NCBI GenBank assembly: GCA_008363385.1
Contig: RHKY01000005.1
Coordinates: 18,254 to 82,253, forward strand
Direction: 5' to 3'
Origin: Acidobacteriota bacterium
GTDB lineage: Bacteria > Acidobacteriota > Thermoanaerobaculia > UBA5066
Length of the DNA stretch: 64,000 bases
Position 1 is the stretch's first letter, and the number at the start of each line of letters is the position of its first letter. Made by a program: the position numbers and the translations under genes. The notes beneath the pieces were generated by a model. That model was given only the letters and a program-made list of their open reading frames with translations. It was not told the origin of the DNA and searched no databases. This document shows positions 42,368-51,609 of the stretch, piece by piece.

Positions 42368-43615
42368 ATGCCGAAGAAACTCCTGGCGCTCCTCGCCGTC
42401 GCCCTGGTCGCGGCCGTGCCCGCGCTCGCGACGAACGGCTACTTCTCGCTCAGCTACGGCACCCCCTACAAGGGGATGGCCGGCGCCGGGCAGGCGCTGC
42501 ACCTGAACACGATGGCCAGCGCCACCAACCCCGCGACGATCGCCTTCGTCAAGGGCTACGACGTCAGCTTCGCCGCCTTCAACCCGAACCGCGGGTACAC
42601 CGTGACCGGGAACCCGTCCGGGTACCCCGGCACGTTCGGCCTCGCGCCCGGGACGTACGAGAGCGACACGTCGGCGTTCCTGATCCCCGGGCTCTCCGGC
42701 GCCTGGCACCTCTCGGAGAGGTTCCACCTCGGCGTGGCCATCTACGGCAACGGCGGGATGAACACCGACTACCCGAACCCGGTCTTCGGGCAGGCGCCGG
42801 TCGGCGTCAACCTGACGCAGGCCTTCCTCGCCCCCTCGGTCGCCTTCGAGCTGTCGAAGGACCACGCGATCGGCGTCTCGGTGATCGGGGCGTGGCAGCA
42901 GTTCGAGGCGAAGGGGCTGGGCGCCTTCGCGATGTTCTCCTCGAACCCGGCGGCGCTGACCGACAACGGCAAGGACACCTCCACCGGCCTCGGCGGGAGG
43001 ATCGGCTACCACGGGCACGTCACGGAGTGGCTCGCCCTCGGCGCCTCGTACCAGACCGAGATCAAGATGAGCGAGTTCGACGAGTACGCCGGCCTCTTCG
43101 CCGAGCAGGGGGACTTCGACATCCCGGCGACGTGGGCGGTCGGGATCGCCGTGATGCCCGCGAAGGGCTGGACGATCGCGGCCGACGTCCAGGAAATCTA
43201 CTACAGCAAGGTGGCCGCCATCGGGAACCCGATGCTCCCGAACCTGATGCAGGCCCCGCTCGGCTCGGACAACGGCGCCGGCTTCGGCTGGAAGGACGTC
43301 ACCGTCTTCAAGCTCGGGGTCCAGTGGGAGGCGAGCGAGACCTGGACGTTCCGCGCCGGCTACGCCCACGCCGACCAGCCGGTCCCCGAGAGCGAGGTCC
43401 TCTTCAACATCCTCGCCCCCGGCGTCATCCAGGACCACGTCACCGTCGGCCTCACGACGCTCCTCTCGAAGAAAGCCGCGCTCCACTTCGCCCTGATGCG
43501 CGCCTTCTCCAACTGCGTCGAGGGCCCCAACCCCCTCGAGGCCCCCGGCCAGCAGCGGATCGACCTGAAGATGGACCAGTGGGAGGCCGAGCTCGGCCTC
43601 TCCTACGGCTTCTGA
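42368..43615 (+). CDS. Outer-membrane FadL/OmpP1/TodX-family channel
   Basis: GGAGAG RBS and signal peptide KKLLALLAVALVAAVPALA. YKGMAGAGQALHLNTMASATNPATIAF hatch motif. The C-terminal end is ...ELGLSYGF. Confidence 0.8.
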   Translation: MPKKLLALLAVALVAAVPALATNGYFSLSYGTPYKGMAGAGQALHLNTMASATNPATIAFVKGYDVSFAAFNPNRGYTVTGNPSGYPGTFGLAPGTYESDTSAFLIPGLSGAWHLSERFHLGVAIYGNGGMNTDYPNPVFGQAPVGVNLTQAFLAPSVAFELSKDHAIGVSVIGAWQQFEAKGLGAFAMFSSNPAALTDNGKDTSTGLGGRIGYHGHVTEWLALGASYQTEIKMSEFDEYAGLFAEQGDFDIPATWAVGIAVMPAKGWTIAADVQEIYYSKVAAIGNPMLPNLMQAPLGSDNGAGFGWKDVTVFKLGVQWEASETWTFRAGYAHADQPVPESEVLFNILAPGVIQDHVTVGLTTLLSKKAALHFALMRAFSNCVEGPNPLEAPGQQRIDLKMDQWEAELGLSYGF

Positions 43616-43622
43616 CCCTCCC

Positions 43623-43650
43623 GAGGGCGGCCTCCCCGGCCGCCCTCTTC
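43623..43650 (+). terminator. Rho-independent-like terminator
   Basis: Perfect 10-bp stem GAGGGCGGCC / GGCCGCCCTC with a 5-nt loop, followed by TTCT. It starts 8 nt after the FadL-like stop. Confidence 0.55.
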
Positions 43651-43665
43651 TCCCCTCCCCCGGAT

Positions 43666-43694
43666 GGGGTCAGAGCTCCATTCTACGTTCTACG
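43666..43694. repeat. Left 29-bp inverted repeat flanking the Y1 transposase gene
   Basis: GGGGTCAGAGCTCCATTCTACGTTCTACG. Its reverse complement matches 44800-44828 at 25 of 29 positions and contains GTAG twice. Confidence 0.7.
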
Positions 43695-43773
43695 CATTCC
43701 ACGTCGAAGACGGCCATCCAGCAGGTCCCGTCGGGGGCGAGCGAACTCGGAGGCGCTCCGCGACCCGGCACCG

Positions 43774-44793
43774 TCAGCCGCGGGGCCGCGGTGACGGTGC
43801 TCCGGCCCGCCCGCCGGCTCGTCGAGCGCGCCTCGCGTGACCGCGAAGCTCGTCTTCCAGCCTTCCCCGGAGCCTCTTCTCCTTCCCGTCGAGGAGCTCG
43901 AGGCCCTGGTTCGCCAGGGCGGATGCCCGGGACGGGCGCACCCCCAACCGGTCGGAGATCTCCGCGGCGGGCGCCAGCGCCCAGCGGCGCAGCGCGCCGG
44001 CGACCAGCGCCCGCTGCCGCGCGAGCAGACGACGCCGTTCGACCAGGTCGCCGGCGGAGACGCCCAGCGCCGCCGTGACGCGGTCGAAGACGACGTCGAC
44101 GCTCGGGCGGACCGGCTCTCGCTGCGCGCGTGGGATGCCCGGCGAGAGGCTCCGGCCTGAGGCGACGCCGCTCCAACGAGCGGCGAAGTCCTCCGACCCG
44201 AGGTAGATCTGAGATCGCACCTCTCCCCAGGGCCGGTACTCCCCCCGCAGCCCGTCGGCCACGAAGGCCCGATACTTCCGCCGCGCCTCCCTCTCGTCGT
44301 GGGCGAACTGCGCGAGCGTCCAGGCGAGATCGAGCCAGCCCGGCGGCCTCACCAGCCCTGCCGTCGCCCCGAAGCTGCTCCACGGCCACGCCGCCGCGGT
44401 GGCGCAGACTCCGGCCCGGACCGGGTTCAGGACGGCGTACCGGACCAGCTCCAGGAGGTGGGACTCCTTCTCGACGAGGACCGCCTTGAACCGACCCTGG
44501 AAGAGGTGCCCGACTCGGCCGTGGCGGCGGTTGAAGAACTGCGTGTAGACCCCGTTTAGGTACGCCATCCCGCGGGAGAGCGTCGGCTCCGGCGTCTCCA
44601 GCAGCAGGTGGTAGTGGTTCCCCATCAGGACGTACGCGTGGAGCCGCCAGCGGAAGAGGCCGACGGTGCGAGCCAGGACCGCGAGGAACCGTTCGCGGTC
44701 CCCGTCGTCGCGGAAGACGTCCGCCCGCTCGTTCCCTCGCGACGTGACGTGCCAGATCGCCCCGGCGTGGTCGATTCTGAGAGGACGTGCCAT
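43774..44793 (-). CDS. Y1 (HUH) transposase, RAYT/IS200-like, with DnaA-C-like HTH tail
   Basis: HUH motif GNHYHLLLE and catalytic-Tyr region LVRYAVLNPVRAG. The C-terminal RALVAGALRRWALAPAAEISDRLGVRPSRASAL is HTH-like. Confidence 0.85.
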   Translation of the reverse strand: MARPLRIDHAGAIWHVTSRGNERADVFRDDGDRERFLAVLARTVGLFRWRLHAYVLMGNHYHLLLETPEPTLSRGMAYLNGVYTQFFNRRHGRVGHLFQGRFKAVLVEKESHLLELVRYAVLNPVRAGVCATAAAWPWSSFGATAGLVRPPGWLDLAWTLAQFAHDEREARRKYRAFVADGLRGEYRPWGEVRSQIYLGSEDFAARWSGVASGRSLSPGIPRAQREPVRPSVDVVFDRVTAALGVSAGDLVERRRLLARQRALVAGALRRWALAPAAEISDRLGVRPSRASALANQGLELLDGKEKRLRGRLEDELRGHARRARRAGGRAGAPSPRPRG

Positions 44794-44799
44794 CCTTCC

Positions 44800-44828
44800 A
44801 GTATAACGTATAACGGAGCTCTGACCCC
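44800..44828. repeat. Right 29-bp inverted repeat flanking the Y1 transposase gene
   Basis: AGTATAACGTATAACGGAGCTCTGACCCC. It begins 7 nt upstream of the transposase ATG. Confidence 0.7.
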
Positions 44829-44852
44829 AGGGTGGACTGACCCCAGGGTGGA
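44821..44852 (+). repeat. Perfect tandem duplication, 2 x 16 bp (CTGACCCCAGGGTGGA)
   Basis: Read directly from the sequence. The first copy overlaps the outer 8 nt of the right inverted repeat. Confidence 0.9.
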
Positions 44853-45007
44853 GAGTTCGGGGTGGGAGTCTGGGAAGGAGCGGGGGACGTAAGCCATTTG
44901 CATCACGGGGGGTTCATTGATCCGCCCGGGGGGCGGGGCGTAACGTGACCCCGTGGCGGGAGCCGCCTCCGGGCGGTGCCATCCGCGGCCCCGCCCGGGG
45001 AGCGTCC

Positions 45008-46453
45008 ATGCGGACTCGCTTCGTCAACCTCCGGATCCCCGCCGGCGGGAACGACACCCGCCCCGCCGAGCTCCTCGTCGAGGAGGGCCGGTTCCTCGAG
45101 GTCCTGCCGGCGGGCGCCTCCCGTCCCCCGGCCGGCACGGAGTCGCTGGTGGACCTCGGCGGGCGGCTGGCCCTTCCGGGCGTCGTCGACGGACACGTCC
45201 ACTTCGACGACCCCGGCTTCACCCATCGGGAGAACTTCGAGACCGGGACCCGCGCGGCCGCGGCCGGCGGCGTGACGACGGTCGCCGACATGCCCTGCAC
45301 CTCGCTGCCGCCGGTGACGAGCCGCTCGTCGCTCGAGTACAAGCTGACGGTCGTCCGGCCGAAGGCCCTCGTCGACTTCCTCCTCTGGGGCGGTGTCTCG
45401 GACAACGCCATGGAGCACCCGCGCTGGCGCGCCCGCGTCAAGGAGCTGGTCGACGCGGGGGTCGCGGCCTTCAAGCTCTACCTCCTCTCCGGGATGGACA
45501 CCTACCGGGACCTCACCCCGGCCCAGATGAGGCAGGTCCTCAGGGAGCTGGCCCGGCACGGCGTCCCGGCCGGGATCCACGCCGAGGACCGCGAGGTGGT
45601 CCTCTCCCTGACGTTCGCCGAGATGGCCGAGCACCGGGACGGCCCGCTCGACTACGCCGACTCGCGCCCCAGCGAGGCGGAGACCTTCGCGGTCCGGACG
45701 GTGAGGGACCTCTGCCGCGAGACGGGAGCCCGGGTCCACGTCGTCCACATCGCCTCGGGCGAGGCGCTCGGGGTCGTGGCCCAGGCCCGCGAGGAGGGGC
45801 TCCCCCTCTCCGCCGAGACCTGCCCGCACTACCTCGCCTTCACCCGAGACGACCTCGGACGCCTCGGCGCCCTCCTCAAGACGGCCCCCGTCGTCAAGAG
45901 CGCCGCCGACCGCGAGGCCCTCTGGAAGGGGCTCGCCGACGGGACGCTCCAGCACGTGGCCACCGACCACGCCGCCGGGCAGTGGCCCGAGGAGAAGTCC
46001 GCCCGCTCGATCTGGAACGTCTACGGCGGCGTCCCCGGCGTGGAGACGCTCCTGCCGTTCCTCCTCTCCGAGGGGGTGGCGAAGGGTCGCCTCACGCTCG
46101 AGCGGCTCGTCGAGGTGACCGCCTCGGCCCCCGCCCGCTTCTTCGGGGTCGCCTCGCGGAAGGGGGCGATCGCCCCCGGCCTCGACGCCGACCTGGCCGT
46201 CGTCGACGAGAAGGAGACCTGGACCGTGACCCGAGAGGCGCTCCACAACCTGAACCGGTACACCCCGTTCGAGGGGCACGTCTTCACCGGGCGGGTCCGC
46301 CAGACCTGGCTGCGAGGCGTCCGCGTCTACTCGCGGGCGGACGACGGCAGCGAGTGGTTCGGGACGCCCGGGAAGGGGAGGTTCGTGAGGCGCGAGGCGC
46401 GCTGGACCCTCGGCGCCGAGGCGGAGCCGGCGCTCGCCGAGGTGGCCCGGTGA
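45008..46453 (+). CDS. Cyclic amidohydrolase (dihydropyrimidinase/hydantoinase/allantoinase family)
   Basis: Metal-ligand motifs DGHVHFD, AAFKLYL (carboxylated Lys), IHAED, HVVHIASG and ATDHAA. Confidence 0.8.
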   Translation: MRTRFVNLRIPAGGNDTRPAELLVEEGRFLEVLPAGASRPPAGTESLVDLGGRLALPGVVDGHVHFDDPGFTHRENFETGTRAAAAGGVTTVADMPCTSLPPVTSRSSLEYKLTVVRPKALVDFLLWGGVSDNAMEHPRWRARVKELVDAGVAAFKLYLLSGMDTYRDLTPAQMRQVLRELARHGVPAGIHAEDREVVLSLTFAEMAEHRDGPLDYADSRPSEAETFAVRTVRDLCRETGARVHVVHIASGEALGVVAQAREEGLPLSAETCPHYLAFTRDDLGRLGALLKTAPVVKSAADREALWKGLADGTLQHVATDHAAGQWPEEKSARSIWNVYGGVPGVETLLPFLLSEGVAKGRLTLERLVEVTASAPARFFGVASRKGAIAPGLDADLAVVDEKETWTVTREALHNLNRYTPFEGHVFTGRVRQTWLRGVRVYSRADDGSEWFGTPGKGRFVRREARWTLGAEAEPALAEVAR

Positions 46454-47919
46454 GGCGCGAGGAGGTCCGCGCGCGGGCCGTGGCGCGCTGCCGCGAGCGG
46501 GGCATCCTGATCCCGACCCTCTCCCAGATGCGCGACCCGTCGACCGTCCCCGTCGCCGTGCGCGACTCGCTGCCTCGGGTCGACATGCAGGCGGTCGACC
46601 CGAGGAACCTCTTCCGGATCACCTGGCACAACGACCCGGCAACCGGCGGCTTCGGGCCCGTCAACGTGCTGGAGGTCCCCCGCGAGGTGACCGGGGTGAA
46701 GGCCCGGATCGCGGGCCTCGTCGGGGCGCACTTCCCCACGGGCGCCCACAAGGTCGGCGCGGCCTTCGGTTGCCTCGTCCCGCGGCTGGTGCACGGCGAG
46801 TTCGACCCGACGACGCAGAAGGCCGTCTGGCCCTCGACGGGGAACTACTGCCGCGGCGGCGCCTTCGACAGCGCGCTCCTCGGCTGCACGTCGCTGGCGA
46901 TCCTCCCGAGGGAGATGAGCGCCGAGCGGTTCCGGTGGCTGGAGTCGATCGGGGCCGAGATCCTGGCCACCCCGGGCTGCGAGAGCAACGTCAAGGAGAT
47001 CTTCGACGCCTGCTGGGACATCAAGAAGAACCGCAAGGACTGCGTCGTCTTCAACCAGTTCGAGGAGTGGGGGAACTACCTCTGGCACCGCGGCGTGACG
47101 GCCCCCGCCGCCGAGGAGGCGTTCGCCTCCCTCGCCTCCCCCCGCTCGCGGATGGCGGCCTGGGTCGGGGCGACCGGCTCGGCCGGCACGCTGGCCGCCG
47201 GCGACTCCCTGAAGGCGCGCTTCCCGGGCTGCCGGATCACCGCCGCCGAGGCGCTCCAGTGCCCGACGCTGCTGCGGAACGGGTTCGGCGGGCACCGGAT
47301 CGAGGGGATCGGCGACAAGCACGTCCCGTGGATCCACAACGCACGGAACACCGACCTGGTCGCGGCGATCGACGACGAGGCGGCGATGCGCGTCTTCCGC
47401 CTCTTCAACGAGCCGGCGGGGCAGGAGCTCCTCGTCTCGCGCGGGGCGCCGGCGGCCACGGTCGCCAAGCTCCCGCTCCTGGGGATCTCCTCGGTCGGGA
47501 ACCTCCTCGCCGCGGTCAAGACGGCGCGTTGGTTCGAGATGGACGAGGACGACGTCCTCCTGACGAGCTTCACCGACTCGGCCGAGATGTACCGGTCGCG
47601 GCTCGCCGAGATGACGGAGGCTCTCGGGCCGTACGGGGCCACGGAGGCGGCCGTCGACCTGGAGCGCCGCCTCCTCGGGACGACGACCGACACTCTCCGC
47701 GAGCTGACGCACGCGGACCGCAAGGCCCTCCACAACCTGAAGTACTTCACCTGGGTCGAGCAGCAGGGGAGGACGGTCGAGGAGCTCGACGCCCTCTGGA
47801 GCCCGCGGTTCTGGGAGGACCGCGTGGCCGAGCTGCCGGAATGGGACGCCGCCATCGCGGCGTTCAACGCGGAGACCGGCGTCCTCGACGCGGTCTCCGG
47901 GAGGTTCGCGACCGCATGA
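46450..47919 (+). CDS. PLP-dependent enzyme, tryptophan-synthase-beta fold (PALP family), atypical long form
   Basis: HFPTGAHKVGAAFG (candidate PLP Lys) and GATGSAGTLAAG (phosphate loop). The GTG start overlaps the upstream stop (GTGA). Confidence 0.75.
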   Translation: MRREEVRARAVARCRERGILIPTLSQMRDPSTVPVAVRDSLPRVDMQAVDPRNLFRITWHNDPATGGFGPVNVLEVPREVTGVKARIAGLVGAHFPTGAHKVGAAFGCLVPRLVHGEFDPTTQKAVWPSTGNYCRGGAFDSALLGCTSLAILPREMSAERFRWLESIGAEILATPGCESNVKEIFDACWDIKKNRKDCVVFNQFEEWGNYLWHRGVTAPAAEEAFASLASPRSRMAAWVGATGSAGTLAAGDSLKARFPGCRITAAEALQCPTLLRNGFGGHRIEGIGDKHVPWIHNARNTDLVAAIDDEAAMRVFRLFNEPAGQELLVSRGAPAATVAKLPLLGISSVGNLLAAVKTARWFEMDEDDVLLTSFTDSAEMYRSRLAEMTEALGPYGATEAAVDLERRLLGTTTDTLRELTHADRKALHNLKYFTWVEQQGRTVEELDALWSPRFWEDRVAELPEWDAAIAAFNAETGVLDAVSGRFATA

Positions 47920-49157
47920 GCACGACCACTCTCCCCGCCGTCGGACAGGAGGCCCTCGCCGCGGCGTCGGCCCGCCAGGACGACGCCGTCCGCTTCCTCC
48001 GCGACCTGATCGCCATTCCCGCCGAGAGCGGGAAGGAGGAGGCTCGCTGCCGGCGGGTCCGCGAGGAGTACGAGAAGCTCGGCTTCGACGAGGTCTGGTT
48101 CTCGGGCCTCGGGAGCGTCGTGGCCCGGGTCGGGAGCGGGCCGCTCCGGATCCTGATGGACGGGCACATCGACTGCGTCGGCGTCGGGGACCCGAGCGCC
48201 TGGAGGTACGACCCGTTCCGCGGGAAGCTCGAGGACGGGAAGGTCTACGGGCGCGGGGCCGTCGACGAGCTGCCGGCGATCTCGGCCATGGCGTACGGCG
48301 CGAAGCTCCTGGCGGAGCGCGGCGTCCCGGAGGACGTCACGGTCTACCTCTGCGCCTCGGTGATGGAGGAGGACTGCGACGGGCTGCCGCTCCTGCAGCT
48401 GATCGAGCGGGAGGGGCTCCGCCCCGACGTCTGCGTCCTCGGCGAGCCGACCGACCTGAACGTCTACCGCGGCCACCGGGGCCGCATGGAGATGACGATC
48501 ACGACGAAGGGGGTCTCGGCGCACGGCGCCCACTCCGAGCGGGGGGTCAACGCGGTCTACCGGATGGCGAAGGTCGTCCGCGAGGTGGAGGAGCTGAACG
48601 GCCGCCTCGCCTCCGACCCGTTCCTCGGCAAGGGCTCGATCATCGTCTCGTACATCTCGTGCAAGAGCCCGTCCCTCTGCGCGGTCCCCGACGAGTGCAC
48701 CGTCCACCTCGACCGCCGGCTGACGGTCGGCGAGACCGTCGAGACGGCGATGGACGAGGTCCGCGGCCTGCCGTCCGTCAAGGCGTGCGAGGCCGTCGTG
48801 ACGCTCCTCGGCTACGACGCCGTCGGCTGGAACGGCGCCCGGGCGTACCAGGAGAAGTACTTCCCCACCTGGGTCCTGCCCGAGTCCCACCCGCTGGTCG
48901 CCGGGACCGTCGAGGCGGTCGAGACCGTCCTCGGCCGGACGCCCGCCGTCTCCCGCTGGAGCTTCTCGACCAACGGCGTGGCGACGATGGGACGCCTCGG
49001 GATCCCGACGGTCGGTTTCGCCCCGGGCCTCGAGGAGCTCTCGCACTCCACGGGCGAGTGGGTGTCGGTCGCCGACCTCGTCAAGGCGACCGCCGTCTAC
49101 AGCCTGATCCCCGCCGCCCTGGCCGCCCGAAAGGACGACCTCCTCCGCACGCGCTGA
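47916..49157 (+). CDS. ygeY: YgeY-family M20 peptidase/deacylase
   Basis: FLRDLIAIPAESG, MEEDCDGL, YRGHRGRMEM, YFPTWV and FSTNGVATMGRLGIPTVGFAPG. These are colinear with E. coli YgeY as I remember it. ATGA overlap with the upstream gene. Confidence 0.85.
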   Translation: MSTTTLPAVGQEALAAASARQDDAVRFLRDLIAIPAESGKEEARCRRVREEYEKLGFDEVWFSGLGSVVARVGSGPLRILMDGHIDCVGVGDPSAWRYDPFRGKLEDGKVYGRGAVDELPAISAMAYGAKLLAERGVPEDVTVYLCASVMEEDCDGLPLLQLIEREGLRPDVCVLGEPTDLNVYRGHRGRMEMTITTKGVSAHGAHSERGVNAVYRMAKVVREVEELNGRLASDPFLGKGSIIVSYISCKSPSLCAVPDECTVHLDRRLTVGETVETAMDEVRGLPSVKACEAVVTLLGYDAVGWNGARAYQEKYFPTWVLPESHPLVAGTVEAVETVLGRTPAVSRWSFSTNGVATMGRLGIPTVGFAPGLEELSHSTGEWVSVADLVKATAVYSLIPAALAARKDDLLRTR

Positions 49158-49174
49158 AGACCGGAGCCTTCGAG

Positions 49175-50314
49175 ATGCCGACCGCCGCCCTCCCCTCGAC
49201 CGACCTCGACGCCGCCGTCCTCGACCGCCTCCTCGGTCGGAGCCTCCTCCTGACGGACGACTTCTCCCCGGCCGAGCTGGACGCGCTCCTCTCCGTCGCC
49301 TTCCGGCTCGCCGCGCTCGACCGGGCCGGGAAGAAGACGCCGCTCCTCCCGGACGAGCTGGCCTACGCCCTCTTCTTCGACAACTCGACGCGGACGAAGT
49401 CGGCCTGGGCCGGCGCCGCAGCGCGCCTCGGGATGCAGCCGGTCATCGTCGACGGCTCCTCGACGCAGGTCTCCCACGGCGAGACGGCCGTGGAGACCGG
49501 GGCGATGCTCGGGATGAACGCGCACGCCCTCGGGGTGAGGCACGACCTGATCCTGGGCGAGGGGAACGCGTTCATGCGCGACGTCAAGAAGGGGATCGAC
49601 GACTACCTGGCCGCGACGAAGGACCCGCGGAAGGTGCCGGTCGTCAACCTCCAGTGCGACGTCGACCACCCGACGCAGACGCTCGCCGACCTCTGCTGGC
49701 TCCGGGAGAGCTTCCCGGAGGGCCTCGCCGGGAAGAAGGTCGCCGTCTCCTGGGCCTACTCCCCCAGCTACGCCAAGCCGCTCTCGGTCCCGCAGGGCCT
49801 GGTCATGCTGCTGACCCGCTTCGGCGCGCACGTCACGCTCGCCCACCCCGAGGGGTACCGGCTGATGGAGCCCTGCCTCGAGTCGGCCCGGCGCCACGCC
49901 GCCGAGTCGGGCGGGTCGTTCCGGACGACGGGCTCGATGGACGAGGCGTTCGAGGGGGCGGTCGCCGTCTACCCGAAGAGCTGGGGCCCGTACGACCTGA
50001 TGCTGGAGCGGGTGGACGCCAACCGGAAGCGCGACGCGAAGCGGATGACCGAGATCGAGCAGGCCGCCCTCGCCCGGAACGCCGGGCACAGGGACTGGAT
50101 CTGCGACGAGCGCCGGATGGGGCTGACGAAGGGGGGCGACGCCCTCTACATGCACTGCCTCCCGGCCGACATCGGGGCCGAGGTCTCGCCCGGCGTGATG
50201 GCGAAGCACACCGTGAACGTGGCCCGCGAGGCGAACTGGAAGGTCCACGTGATCATGGCGCTCCTGGCCACCGCCAAGGTGCCGAAGCTCGCGGACGCCC
50301 TCGCGGCGCTCTGA
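49175..50314 (+). CDS. ygeW: YgeW-type (knotted) carbamoyltransferase
   Basis: FFDNSTRTKS, SHGETAVET, NLQCDVDHPTQTLADLCWLRE, WAYSPSYAKPLSVPQG, TLAHPEGY and YMHCLPADI. Confidence 0.85.
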   Translation: MPTAALPSTDLDAAVLDRLLGRSLLLTDDFSPAELDALLSVAFRLAALDRAGKKTPLLPDELAYALFFDNSTRTKSAWAGAAARLGMQPVIVDGSSTQVSHGETAVETGAMLGMNAHALGVRHDLILGEGNAFMRDVKKGIDDYLAATKDPRKVPVVNLQCDVDHPTQTLADLCWLRESFPEGLAGKKVAVSWAYSPSYAKPLSVPQGLVMLLTRFGAHVTLAHPEGYRLMEPCLESARRHAAESGGSFRTTGSMDEAFEGAVAVYPKSWGPYDLMLERVDANRKRDAKRMTEIEQAALARNAGHRDWICDERRMGLTKGGDALYMHCLPADIGAEVSPGVMAKHTVNVAREANWKVHVIMALLATAKVPKLADALAAL

Positions 50315-50324
50315 GCCGCGTCCC

Positions 50325-51542
50325 TCAGAAGACGAGGAGGGCCTTCACCGACCCGCCGCCGAAGCTCCCCCCCTGGATCGCCTGGGACAGGAGGAGCTCG
50401 ATCGACATCGCAGGCGCGAAGGTGAAGAGCGCCTTGAGGTGCGCCTTGTCGATGAAGTCGTCCTCCTCCCGTGCGGGCAGCGCCCCGCTGCCGGTCACCT
50501 CGCGCCGGGCGTCCTGGGAGCTCCCGAGGTAGCCGAGCCTCAGCTCCACGACCCTCGACAGCCTCAGCTCCCCCTCGACGCCGAAGAGGACCGATCCCAG
50601 GTCGTACCTCCCCTCGGGGTCGTCCGGGGAGGCGAAGTCGTCCCGCTGCTCGGCGTAGCCCAGGAGCGCCGAGACGCCCCACTTCCCCAGCTGCCGGCGG
50701 CAGGAGACGACCGCGCGGCCCCAGGAGCGGTCGAGGGCGTACCGGCCGCCGCCGGCCTCCGTCTGGTCCCTCTCGAGCCTGGCCCCCGTCAGGCGCAGCC
50801 CGGCCGACCAGTCGCCACGGACGTGACCGACCGCGGCGTCGCCGAACCTCTGTGAACCGCGGGTCGTCCGGCCGGTGGCTCCGTCCGTGGCCGCGTACTC
50901 GAGCCCGAAGTCGACCGTCCCGTGAACGCGCCAGGAGCCGGCCTCGTACGAGCCGTCGAGGAGGATGCGCCAGGGGTCCCGGTCGAACCGGACCTCGTCG
51001 TCCGTCTTCTCGTCCCAGATGACCCGCTCGTCGACCACGAGGACCTCCAGGGCGTTGCGGGCCTTCGGCGCCCCGAGCCTCACGCCGATCCCCATCGACG
51101 TGACCTCCTTGTCGAACGCCGGCCAGCCGGTCAGGATCGGGCCCCAGCCCGAGCCCAGGTGGAAGACGGCGTCGAACCGCTGGTCGGAGACCTCGAACCG
51201 GCCGTCCTGGTAGTCCCGCCGGTCGTAGCGCATCTGGAGCCACTTGGCCGGGAAGAGGTTCACGGCGATCTGGCTGTTGACGTAGAGCTCGGTCCCGGTC
51301 GTGGAGCCGAACTCGCCGAACAGCCCGTTCCCCGAGTACCTCAGCGCGGCCCACTCGGAGCGCCAGCGCGGGTCGGCGGCGTACTGGAGCAGGTGCAGCT
51401 CCAGGCGGTCGATGAACTGCCCGCCCTCGACCTGCTCGAGGAAGTCGGCCTCCGAGGCCCAGAAGAGCGGGTCCGGGACCTCCCCGGCCCAGCCCGGCCG
51501 GACTGCGAGGAGGAGAACGAGGCCGGCGACCGCGGCCCTCAT
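50325..51542 (-). CDS. Outer-membrane beta-barrel protein of unknown family
   Basis: Start at MRAAVAGLVLLLAVRPGWAG (signal peptide). Alternating strand pattern. The C-terminus is ...SVKALLVF. The longer ORF up to 51770 has junk-like N-terminal sequence. Confidence 0.65.
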   Translation of the reverse strand: MRAAVAGLVLLLAVRPGWAGEVPDPLFWASEADFLEQVEGGQFIDRLELHLLQYAADPRWRSEWAALRYSGNGLFGEFGSTTGTELYVNSQIAVNLFPAKWLQMRYDRRDYQDGRFEVSDQRFDAVFHLGSGWGPILTGWPAFDKEVTSMGIGVRLGAPKARNALEVLVVDERVIWDEKTDDEVRFDRDPWRILLDGSYEAGSWRVHGTVDFGLEYAATDGATGRTTRGSQRFGDAAVGHVRGDWSAGLRLTGARLERDQTEAGGGRYALDRSWGRAVVSCRRQLGKWGVSALLGYAEQRDDFASPDDPEGRYDLGSVLFGVEGELRLSRVVELRLGYLGSSQDARREVTGSGALPAREEDDFIDKAHLKALFTFAPAMSIELLLSQAIQGGSFGGGSVKALLVF

Positions 51543-51609
51543 CGCCGTCGATGTTAGCCCCGCGGCCGGGTCTCGGCGCGCCGGTTCCCGGAGGGCTACG
51601 ATCCGGGAC

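Larger units (their letters stand above)
43666..44828 (-). mobile_element. REPtron-like / IS-like unit: Y1 transposase bracketed by inverted repeats
   Basis: A single transposase gene sits between the two inverted repeats listed above. It is inserted between the sulfur cluster and the purine-type catabolic cluster. Confidence 0.5.

Noticed and set aside
44911-44923. tRNA-like T-loop sequence GGTTCATTGATCC in the gap before the amidohydrolase gene
   Set aside because: The flanking bases do not form a T-stem, acceptor stem or anticodon arm. I could fold no cloverleaf.
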